From Thermodesulfobacteriota bacterium (GTDB lineage Bacteria > Desulfobacterota > Desulfobacteria > Desulfobacterales > SURF-7), in contig JBMORA010000054.1 of the NCBI GenBank assembly GCA_049320885.1, forward strand, positions 1 to 55,613: DNA of 55,613 bases. Direction: 5' to 3'. The number at the start of each line of letters is the position of its first letter. The stretch's first letter is position 1. Below, piece by piece: positions 48,148 to 55,613 of the stretch. Below the pieces are notes generated by a model. That model was not told the DNA's origin and did no database searches. It was given only the letters and a program-made list of their open reading frames with translations. Both the position numbers and the translations under genes were made by a program.

Positions 48148-51100
48148 TGCTATCGAAATTTTTTCTCAAGCGGCCGGTCTTCGCCTGGGTCATCGCCATC
48201 ATCATCATGACGGCGGGCGCCCTGGCGATCCATAAAATGCCCGTCTCGCAATATCCGCCCATCGCCCCGCCGGCCATCTCCATTGACGCGTTTTTCCCGG
48301 GAGCCTCGGCGGAGACGGTGGAAAACACCGTGACCCAGATCATTGAGCAGAAGATGACCGGCCTGGACCAGATGCTCTATCTGTCCGGCACCAGTTCGTC
48401 CTCGGGGGCCTCCCGGGTGGAATTGACCTTCGCGCCCGGCACCGACCCGGATCTGGCCTGGGCCAAGGTGCAGAACAAACTCCAGCTGGCCCTGGCCAGT
48501 CTGCCCGACGTGGTGCAGCGCTCCGGCGTCAAGGTCAGCAAGTCCACCCGCAACTACCTGATCATCGTCGGTCTGATTTCCGAAGACGGCAGCATGGACG
48601 GCAATGACCTGCGGGATTACGCCCAGTCCAACCTGGAGAAGATCCTGTCCCGGGTGCCGGGGGTGGGGGAGGTGGAAAACTTCGGCACCCAATACGCCAT
48701 GCGGGTCTGGGTCGATCTTGACAAACTCACTAGTTATCGTCTGACCATGGAGGATGTCATCCTGGCGCTGCGGACCTACAATGTGGAGGTCTCCGCCGGC
48801 CAGTTCGGCGGAACACCGGCCGTGAAAGGCCAGCGCATGAACGCCGTCATCGTGGTCCAGCATCTCCTCCAGACGCCGGAGGAGTTCGCCGCCATTCCCA
48901 TCCGCACCAACGCCGACGGCTCCGTGGTGCGGGTCAGGGACATCGGCCGGACGGAACTGGGCAGCGAACGTTCCGACATCGTCGCCAACTATAACGGCAA
49001 ACCCGCGGCCGCCATGGCCATCCGCCAGGCCGCCGGCGCCAACGCCCTGGATACGGCCAGGGCCGTCAAGGACAAGCTGAACGAAATGAGCCGGTTCTTC
49101 CCGCCGGGCATGAAGGTGATCTATCCCTACGACACCACGCCTTTCACCGTGGTGGCCATCGAGGAGGTGGTCAAGACCCTGTTCGAGGCGGTTTTCCTGG
49201 TGTTCATCATCATGTATCTCTTCATGGGCAACATCCGCGCCACCCTGATCCCCACCATCGCCGTGCCGGTGGTGCTCCTGGGAACCTTCGCGGTACTGGA
49301 CGCGTTCGGCTTCTCCATCAACATGCTGACCATGTTCGCCATGGTGCTGGCCATCGGCCTGCTGGTGGACGATGCCATCGTGGTGGTGGAGAACGTGGAG
49401 CGCATCATGGCCGAAGAGGGTCTGCCACCCATGGAGGCCACGGCCAAGTCCATGGACGAGATCACCAGCGCTCTTATCGGTATCGGCCTGGTGCTCTCGG
49501 CGGTGTTCGGCCCCATGGCCTTTTTCGAGGGCTCCACCGGTGTGCTCTACCGGCAGTTTTCCGTGACCCTGATCTCTTCCATGCTCCTGTCGGTGGTGGT
49601 GGCCCTGATCCTGACCCCGGTGCTGTGCGCCTCCTTCCTGAAACCCATCCCGGCCGGGCACCATCCCTCGGACAACGCGGTTTTCTTCCTGCGGCCCTTT
49701 TTCCGTCTCTTCGATAAGGTCTTCGTGCGCATTCGCGGCATTTACGTGGGGATGGTGGGGCGTTCCTTTTCCCGGAAATTCCGCTACCTGGTGATCTACC
49801 TGCTGATCATCGGCGCCGTGGGCTATCTGTTCCAGCGCATGCCCACCTCGTATATCCCGGATGAAGACCAGGGGATCCTGCTGGTCATGGCCATGCTGCC
49901 GTCGGGCTCCACCCTGGAACAGACCAGGGCGGTCATGGACCGGGTGCGGGATCATTTCCTGACCCATGAGCAGGAAGCCGTGGAATCCGTCATGTCCGTG
50001 ACCGGCATCAGCTTCGGCGGCCAGGGGCAGAATATGGCCCTGGCCTTCACCAAGCTCCGCGATTGGGAGCTGCGCCAGCGGCCGGACCTCAAGGTCAAGG
50101 CCGTGGCCGGCAGGGCCATGGGCTTTTTCTCCCAGATCAAGGAGGCCAAGGTCTTCGCCTTCCCGCCGCCGCCGGTGATCGAACTGGGCATGGCCACGGG
50201 TTTCGACTTCCAGCTCCAGGACCGCGGCGGTCTGGGCCACGCCAAGCTGATGGCGGCCCGCAACCAGCTCCTCGGCATGGCCATGCAGGACAAGCGTCTG
50301 GTGCGGGTGCGGCCCAACGGCATGGAGGATGTGCCCGAATTCCGGATCGACCTGGATTGGGATAAGGCCGGGGCCCTGGGGGTGCCGATCACTTCCATCC
50401 AGAACAATATCGCGGCGGCCTTCGGCAGCGCCTATGTCAACGACTTCATCCAGGCTGGCCGGGTCAAGAAGGTCTACGCCCAGGCGGATGCTCCCTTCCG
50501 CATGTTGCCCGAGGATCTGCAGAAACTCTATGTCCGCAACAACGTGGGCAAGATGGTGCCTTACGCGTCCTTCGCTTCCGGCCGCTGGACGGTGGGTTCG
50601 CCTAAGTTGGAGCGCTACAACGCCTTTCCGTCCATCAACATCTGGGGCGAGCCCGCGCCGGGCCGCAGCACCGGCGAGGCCATGGCCGCCATGGAGGAGT
50701 TGGTCGGTAAACTGCCCCAGGGAATCGCCTTCGACTGGACCGGCTTGTCCTATCAGGAGCGCATGGCCACCAAGCAGGGGCCGATCCTCTACGCCTTTTC
50801 CATTTTTGTGATTTTTCTGTGTGTGGCGGCCCTGTATGAAAGCTGGACCATTCCCTTCGTAAACCTGTTGATGCTGCCCCTGGGGGTCTTCGGCGCGATC
50901 CTGGCGACCTCCCAGATGGGACTGCCCAACGACGTGTACTTCCAGATCGGGTTTCTGACCACCCTGGGCCTTTCGACCAAAAACGCCATCCTGATCATCC
51001 AGTTCATCAAGGAGCGGCTGGCCCGTGGGGACGAACTGGTGGAGGCGACCCTCGACGCGGTCAAGACCAGATTCCGGCCGGTCATCATGACCTCCCTGGC

Positions 51101-51326
51101 GTTTTTTTTCGGCGTCCTGCCCCTGGCCATTGCCGGCGGGGCCGGCGCCGGGGCCATGAATGCCATCGGCATCGCCGTCTGCGGCGGGATGCTTTCCGCC
51201 ACCTTCATCGATTTAATTTTCATACCGTTGTTCTTTGTCCTTGTCTCGCGGATTTTTTCGAGAAAACAGGGGACAGCGGCCGCCGGCCGATCGGTTGCGC
51301 CCATCGGTCCCCAGGAGGTGCGATAA
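48147..51326 (+). CDS. acrB: RND efflux inner-membrane transporter (AcrB/MexB family)
   Basis: FFLKRPVFAWVIAI, GLLVDDAIVVVENVER, KNAILI, RFRPVIMTSLAF. Confidence 0.96.
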   Translation: MLSKFFLKRPVFAWVIAIIIMTAGALAIHKMPVSQYPPIAPPAISIDAFFPGASAETVENTVTQIIEQKMTGLDQMLYLSGTSSSSGASRVELTFAPGTDPDLAWAKVQNKLQLALASLPDVVQRSGVKVSKSTRNYLIIVGLISEDGSMDGNDLRDYAQSNLEKILSRVPGVGEVENFGTQYAMRVWVDLDKLTSYRLTMEDVILALRTYNVEVSAGQFGGTPAVKGQRMNAVIVVQHLLQTPEEFAAIPIRTNADGSVVRVRDIGRTELGSERSDIVANYNGKPAAAMAIRQAAGANALDTARAVKDKLNEMSRFFPPGMKVIYPYDTTPFTVVAIEEVVKTLFEAVFLVFIIMYLFMGNIRATLIPTIAVPVVLLGTFAVLDAFGFSINMLTMFAMVLAIGLLVDDAIVVVENVERIMAEEGLPPMEATAKSMDEITSALIGIGLVLSAVFGPMAFFEGSTGVLYRQFSVTLISSMLLSVVVALILTPVLCASFLKPIPAGHHPSDNAVFFLRPFFRLFDKVFVRIRGIYVGMVGRSFSRKFRYLVIYLLIIGAVGYLFQRMPTSYIPDEDQGILLVMAMLPSGSTLEQTRAVMDRVRDHFLTHEQEAVESVMSVTGISFGGQGQNMALAFTKLRDWELRQRPDLKVKAVAGRAMGFFSQIKEAKVFAFPPPPVIELGMATGFDFQLQDRGGLGHAKLMAARNQLLGMAMQDKRLVRVRPNGMEDVPEFRIDLDWDKAGALGVPITSIQNNIAAAFGSAYVNDFIQAGRVKKVYAQADAPFRMLPEDLQKLYVRNNVGKMVPYASFASGRWTVGSPKLERYNAFPSINIWGEPAPGRSTGEAMAAMEELVGKLPQGIAFDWTGLSYQERMATKQGPILYAFSIFVIFLCVAALYESWTIPFVNLLMLPLGVFGAILATSQMGLPNDVYFQIGFLTTLGLSTKNAILIIQFIKERLARGDELVEATLDAVKTRFRPVIMTSLAFFFGVLPLAIAGGAGAGAMNAIGIAVCGGMLSATFIDLIFIPLFFVLVSRIFSRKQGTAAAGRSVAPIGPQEVR

Positions 51327-51328
51327 TC

Positions 51329-52735
51329 ATGATACGGAAATCACTCCTTGCATTGGGCCTTTCGGCTTGCCTGGGCGCCTGCTCTCTGGCCCCGGAATAC
51401 CAGCGGGCGCCGGCGCCGGTTCCGGCGCAGTGGCCGGCGGGCGAGGCCTACAAAGAGGCGCAGCCGTCAGCGGACGCGCCCAAAGCCCGGGACATGAGCT
51501 ACCGGGATTTTTTCCCCGACGCCAACCTGCGGAAAATCATCGGGCTGGCCCTGGAAAATAACCGCGATCTCCGGCTGGCGGCCCTGAACGTGGAAAAGGC
51601 GCGCGCCATGTACGGCATCCGGAAGGCAGACCTGTATCCCGCGGTCAATGCCGCGGCCGGAGCCAACGTACAGCGGATACCCGAAGACCTTTCGTCCAGC
51701 GGGAGGGCCGTGACCAGCGAACGTTATGGTGTCGATCTGGGCATCGCCGCCTGGGAGATCGATTTCTTCGGCCGCATCCGCGGCTTGAAGGATCAGGCCC
51801 TGGAGGAATTCCTGGCCACCGAGCACGGCCGTCGCAGCGTTCAGATCGGACTGGTCTACGAAGTCGCCGGGGTGTACATGACCCTGGCGGCGGACCGGGA
51901 GAATTGGGAACTGGCCTGCTCCACCCTGGCCAGCCAGCAGGCAGCCTTTGCGATGATCAAGCGGCAGTATGAAGTCGGGGTGGCCACGGAACTGGATATG
52001 CGCCGAGCCGAAACCCAGGTGCTGTCGGCCCAGCGCGACATCCCCCGCTTCATCCAGCAGGTGGCCCAGGACCGCAACGCCCTGAACCTGCTGGCCGGCG
52101 TCCAGGTTTCGGAAGAACTTCTTCCAGCGAATCTAAGCAGCGTCAAGCCGCCCGGGGAGTTGTCGCCGGAGTTGCCCTCCGAGGCCTTGCTGAGCCGGCC
52201 TGACATCATGGCCGCGGAACACCGGCTCAAGGGAACCCATGCCTTCATCGGCGCGGCCAGGGCCGCGTTTTTTCCACGCATTTCCCTGACCACCACCATC
52301 GGCACGGCCAGCGCGGAACTGAGCGGTCTGTTCGGCGACGGTTCCGGTACCTGGCAGTTCATGCCGCTGATCACCATACCTATTTTCGACGCGCGCACCT
52401 GGGCCGCCTACCGGGTCAGCGAGGCCGATCGGGATATCGCCCTGGCCGCCTATGAAAAGACGATCCAGAACGCCTTCCGGGAAGTGAGCGACGCCCTGGC
52501 CGTGCAGGGTACCATCGACCAAGAGATCGCGTCCCAGCAAGCCCTGGTGGATTCGGTGGCGGAAACCTACCGGCTGTCCAACAAGCGGTATTCCGTGGGC
52601 ATCGACAGTTATCTCGGGGTCCTGGACGCCCACCGTTCCCTGTATGCCCAACAGCAGGTCCTGATTTCGTTCCGGCTGGCCAGGCTGGCGAATCAGGCCC
52701 GGCTATACGCGGTCTTGGGCGGAGGTGTGCAATAG
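51329..52735 (+). CDS. Outer-membrane efflux lipoprotein (OprM/NodT family)
   Basis: LGAC lipobox, ALENNRDLR, WEIDFFGRIR, RPDIMAAE, IGAARAAFFPRISLT, LGGG. Confidence 0.95.
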   Translation: MIRKSLLALGLSACLGACSLAPEYQRAPAPVPAQWPAGEAYKEAQPSADAPKARDMSYRDFFPDANLRKIIGLALENNRDLRLAALNVEKARAMYGIRKADLYPAVNAAAGANVQRIPEDLSSSGRAVTSERYGVDLGIAAWEIDFFGRIRGLKDQALEEFLATEHGRRSVQIGLVYEVAGVYMTLAADRENWELACSTLASQQAAFAMIKRQYEVGVATELDMRRAETQVLSAQRDIPRFIQQVAQDRNALNLLAGVQVSEELLPANLSSVKPPGELSPELPSEALLSRPDIMAAEHRLKGTHAFIGAARAAFFPRISLTTTIGTASAELSGLFGDGSGTWQFMPLITIPIFDARTWAAYRVSEADRDIALAAYEKTIQNAFREVSDALAVQGTIDQEIASQQALVDSVAETYRLSNKRYSVGIDSYLGVLDAHRSLYAQQQVLISFRLARLANQARLYAVLGGGVQ

Positions 52736-52808
52736 TGAAGCGGCCAAGAATGGCATGCCATTTCAACTTGTCGGGATATAAACATTTTATCAACGTGGAG
52801 ACGACGGC

Positions 52809-53774
52809 ATGACGAGGCAACAAAAACTGCTGGTGTTGGTGGACGGTTCCGAGCGATCCATGCAAACGGTCGCCTATCTCAAGGGCTTCCTGACCGTTGA
52901 CGAGGGCACGAGGATCGTGCTTTTTCATGTCTTCAACGGCCTGCCAGAAGAATACCGGGCGCTGGAGGGGGAGCCGGCCTGCCTGGCCGACCTGCGGCGC
53001 CTGCATCAATACGAGGCCGAGCAGGAAAAGTTTATCAAGGCCCGGCTGGAAAAGGCCAAGGCGCTTTTGACTGGCGGCGGTTTCAGCGACGAGGCCGTGG
53101 AAATCAAGTTCAGCCCCCTGAAAAAGGGGGTGGCCCGGGACATTATCGCCGAGGCGGCCAACGGCTACAGCGCGGTGGTTATGCGCCGCCGGGGCATGGG
53201 CGCCCTGCAGAGCGTCATCCTCGGCAGCGTGGCCGTGAAATTGATGGAGTCCCTGACTTTCATCCCGGTCATCATTGTCGGACCGGCTTCGCCCGGCCGC
53301 AAACTGCTGCTGGCCGTGGATTCCTCCCCCTCGGCCATGAAGGCGGTGGAATTCGTCGCCGCGTCCCTGGGCGGCCGTGGGGGCGGCGGGTACGAGGTTT
53401 GTATTTTCCACGCCATCATCGGCCTGGGAGCCGTGCGCTTCGACATCTCCGGGAACAGCGTCGGCCGGGAAATTCCGGACCTGCCGGCACAGGATACCTG
53501 CGTGGAGGCCTTCAAGGTGAAAATCAACCGGCTGTTTCAGACCGTCCGGGAAAAACTCCTGGCGTCCGGGTTCGCGGCGGAAGCCGTCTCGGAAAAAATC
53601 GTCACCGGCGTCACCAGCCGCTCCGAAGCCATTGTCCGGGAGGCGGAGGAAGGTGGTTATGGCACCATCGTGGTGGGACGCCGCGGGCTGTCCAGGACCG
53701 AGGCCTTTTTCATGGGCCGGGTGGGCCACAAGGTGGTGTACGGCGGCCGGGACCATACGGTCTGGGTGGTATAG
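52809..53774 (+). CDS. Tandem universal stress protein
   Basis: Two USP domains: LVDGS..LGSVAVKL and AVDSS..VVGRRGLS..MGRVGHKV. Confidence 0.92.
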   Translation: MTRQQKLLVLVDGSERSMQTVAYLKGFLTVDEGTRIVLFHVFNGLPEEYRALEGEPACLADLRRLHQYEAEQEKFIKARLEKAKALLTGGGFSDEAVEIKFSPLKKGVARDIIAEAANGYSAVVMRRRGMGALQSVILGSVAVKLMESLTFIPVIIVGPASPGRKLLLAVDSSPSAMKAVEFVAASLGGRGGGGYEVCIFHAIIGLGAVRFDISGNSVGREIPDLPAQDTCVEAFKVKINRLFQTVREKLLASGFAAEAVSEKIVTGVTSRSEAIVREAEEGGYGTIVVGRRGLSRTEAFFMGRVGHKVVYGGRDHTVWVV

Positions 53775-53785
53775 AACGGCATAAG

Positions 53786-53806
53786 AGAAGACAGAAGACA
53801 GAAGAC
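53786..53806 (+). repeat. (AGAAGAC)x3 heptamer tandem after the USP stop
   Basis: Three exact copies. Confidence 0.8.
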
Positions 53807-53886
53807 GGGAGCGGCTTGTCGTAAAATTTTAAAAAATTATTGAAGCTTCGAAATACGCGGGATGAACGTTCAGCCCAGGGGTTTGA

Positions 53887-54007
53887 TTGACAATGGGGCG
53901 GCCTATATCGTATCATTAAGATTAAAGGCGCCGTTCAGAACGTGGAAACCCGGTTACCCTGGAAAAGGGCGGCCGGGTTTTCGTGCTTCTGGTGGCCGAT
54001 CATTTTT
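53887..54007 (+). ncRNA. Candidate small RNA (promoter plus long hairpin)
   Basis: TTGACA-18-TATCAT followed by a ~70-nt rod-like stem-loop and a short T run. No credible ORF. Confidence 0.35.
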
Positions 54008-54089
54008 CAGGGGCTTTTTATGCCGGGAAGGGGAGAGAATGGCACCGGAAAAATACGGGGAAAACGCGGGGAGAAAACCCAATAAAAAG

Positions 54090-54130
54090 AAAAAAGGGCT
54101 TACAGATTATCTCTGTAAACCCTTGTTTTC
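54090..54130 (-). terminator. Intrinsic terminator of tRNA-Phe
   Basis: Minus strand aagggtttacagagataatctgtaagccc followed by a T run. Confidence 0.75.
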
Positions 54131-54132
54131 TT

Positions 54133-54208
54133 TGGTGCCGAGGGACAGAATCGAACTGCCGACACGGGGATTTTCAGTCCCCTGCTCTACCGACTGAGCT
54201 ACCTCGGC
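54133..54208 (-). tRNA. tRNA-Phe (GAA)
   Basis: GCCGAGGTAGCTCAGTCGGTAGAGC..GGGGACTGAAAATCCCC..TTCGATT..GGCACCA. Upstream TTGACA at 54248-54253. Confidence 0.97.
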
Positions 54209-54249
54209 TTGAAAAGACAGATGCTACTTATGCGATGGTCTTTTCTTTG

Positions 54250-54993
54250 TCAAGCCTTTTTATACCCCATATCGCCAAATAGGTATTGAAGGATCGCGAT
54301 GGCGGCCAGAGGCGCGGTTTCGGCGCGCAATATCCTTGGGCCCAGCCCCACCCCGATGAATCCGGCGGCAAGGGCCTGCTCGATTTCCGTTTCGGAAAAG
54401 CCGCCTTCCGGGCCGATAACCAGGAAAGCATTTCGGATGGGCGGCGGTTTCGGGTGTGGAATCGGGTCGGCGGCTTTTTCCCAGAAAATGATTTTCAGGT
54501 CGGAGCCGCTGCTTCGTTCCAGCATTTCGGTGAAAGAGCAGGGCGAATCAAGGCGCGGCGGGGTTCCCCGGCGGCATTGTTTGATGGATTCGCGTGCGAT
54601 TTTATTCCAGCGTTCCAGGCGGGTGGTGAAGCGCTCGGAGAGCGGAACGGGAACGGAGCGGCTGCTGACGAAGGGAATCAGGCGCGATGCCCCCAGTTCG
54701 GTAATTTGTCGTATGATCCCATCCAGTTTCCGATCCTTCAGCAGGGCCTGGGCCAAGGTAAGATCCAGGGTCGGCTCGTTGCCGGAAGGATTCTTATCCC
54801 CCAGGAAAACCTGCACGCCTTCGCTCGAAAACCCGGAGATGACGGCGTCGTATTCGGAGCCGTCGCCGTCGAGGAGCCGGATGGTGTCGCCGGTTTTATA
54901 TCGCAACACTTTTTGAATATGCCGGGCATCGGTTCCCGTAACCATCGCGGATCGTCCCTGGATGGCGTTTTTTTCGACAATGAAACGTCGCAT
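54250..54993 (-). CDS. rsmE: 16S rRNA m3U1498 methyltransferase RsmE
   Basis: MRRF, HIQKVLR, TELGA, QCRR, IGPEGGFS, LGPRILRAETA. Confidence 0.97.
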   Translation of the reverse strand: MRRFIVEKNAIQGRSAMVTGTDARHIQKVLRYKTGDTIRLLDGDGSEYDAVISGFSSEGVQVFLGDKNPSGNEPTLDLTLAQALLKDRKLDGIIRQITELGASRLIPFVSSRSVPVPLSERFTTRLERWNKIARESIKQCRRGTPPRLDSPCSFTEMLERSSGSDLKIIFWEKAADPIPHPKPPPIRNAFLVIGPEGGFSETEIEQALAAGFIGVGLGPRILRAETAPLAAIAILQYLFGDMGYKKA

Positions 54994-55229
54994 GCAGAAT
55001 ATCCATATGAATCAATACGGGTATAGAAACGGGCGGCATCGCCGCAGCGGGATACATGGTACCGTATGATGATCCGAAAGAGAAGTAAATGCCTTTTTAT
55101 GGGGAAGATACCAGGCAAATGCCTTGACACATTGTATGCCGTATGTTAATTTCCCAAAAATTATAGGGGCTTGATCTTATTTTTCAAAATTCCGCCATGT
55201 TGAGGCTCACTTGAGGGAGCGGCATCCTT

Positions 55230-55613
55230 ATGACAGAAAAGAATGAATCCGGAATACCGGGCAAACAGTCGGATCTGCCCGGGGACGAGATTATCGAACT
55301 GACCGATATCCTGGCTGAAAATATCGGCGATGAAGCGGATGAGATTATTGAGCTGACCGATGTGGCGGAAGAATCCCGGTTCGATGAGGGAGAGGCATTC
55401 CGTCTGGAAGATCCCCGGAAGATCGCCGGGGACGAGGAGATTCTCGATCTGACCGACGTGGTGGAGGAGCCCCGGAGGGATGAGGAGGCGACCATCCTAC
55501 TGGATGAAATCGACGCCGCCGGCGGGGACGAGGAGATTCTCGATCTGACCGACGTGGTGGAGGAGCCCCGGAGGGATGAGGAGGCGACCATCCTGCTGGA
55601 TGCAATCGAAGCC
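55230..55613 (+). CDS. Acidic repeat protein, 5' part only (absent from the ORF track because it runs off the window)
   Basis: ATG 55230 behind GAGGGAG, open to the window end. Translation MTEKNESG..DEIIELTDIL..DEIIELTDVA..DEEILDLTDVVEE. Upstream TTGACA at 55124. Confidence 0.8.
   Translation, partial: MTEKNESGIPGKQSDLPGDEIIELTDILAENIGDEADEIIELTDVAEESRFDEGEAFRLEDPRKIAGDEEILDLTDVVEEPRRDEEATILLDEIDAAGGDEEILDLTDVVEEPRRDEEATILLDAIEA
55428..55613 (+). repeat. 96-bp (32-aa) near-identical tandem repeat
   Basis: ggggacgaggagattctcgatctgaccgacgtggtggaggagccccggagggatgaggaggcgaccatcct starts at 55428 and again at 55524. Confidence 0.92.

Noticed and set aside
39565..50240. Long minus-strand ORFs (e.g. 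40863-42419, 42454-43512, 43513-44826, 48150-50240)
   Set aside because: Antisense shadows of the ligase, amidohydrolase, OYE and acrB genes.
52751..52766. TGGCATGCCATTTCA as a sigma54 promoter for usp
   Set aside because: The -12 element lacks the conserved GC.
53862..54282. ORFs 53862-54197 and 53983-54282
   Set aside because: They run antisense through the tRNA-Phe gene and its terminator, with no RBS or protein-like features.
55428..55613. 96-bp repeats as a possible CRISPR array
   Set aside because: The units are contiguous and in-frame, have no unique spacers, and no cas genes are present.

Overview
Chromosomal window from a GC-rich anaerobic deltaproteobacterium. The assignment to Desulfobacterota is an inference from gene content and style. 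Housekeeping genes present: tsaD, purM, hom, thrH, sdhCAB, rsmE, initiator tRNA-Met and tRNA-Phe. Envelope genes: a D,D-carboxypeptidase, a PEP-CTERM protein, a FimT/PilW/PilV/PilX minor-pilin cluster with a PilB/GspE ATPase, a LysM protein, and a TetR-linked AcrAB-OprM-type RND pump. Two self-contained acyl-CoA catabolic operons of unknown substrate stand out. Operon 1 (minus strand, 2727-11199) encodes TetR, a stand-alone SCP2 lipid carrier, two tandem divergent DUF2148-type Fe-S proteins, a CoA ligase, an acyl-CoA dehydrogenase with Asp at the usual catalytic Glu position, an SCP2-type thiolase and two SDRs. Operon 2 (plus strand, 37119-45847) lies divergent from a MerR-TetR fusion regulator. 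It encodes a thiolase-fold protein lacking the catalytic Cys, a DUF35 OB-fold/crotonase fusion, an ACAD, a CoA ligase, an ExH-type amidohydrolase, a truncated Fe-S old-yellow enzyme and an SDR. These two operons are the best candidates for undescribed systems. Other observations: identical AATTACG heptamer repeats follow both ACAD stop codons, a promoter-driven rod-like hairpin may be an sRNA, the RND adaptor has a collagen-like tail, and an unannotated acidic PopZ-like repeat protein runs off the right edge. No CRISPR array, integrase or transposase was seen. All family assignments come from motif recognition, not database searches.
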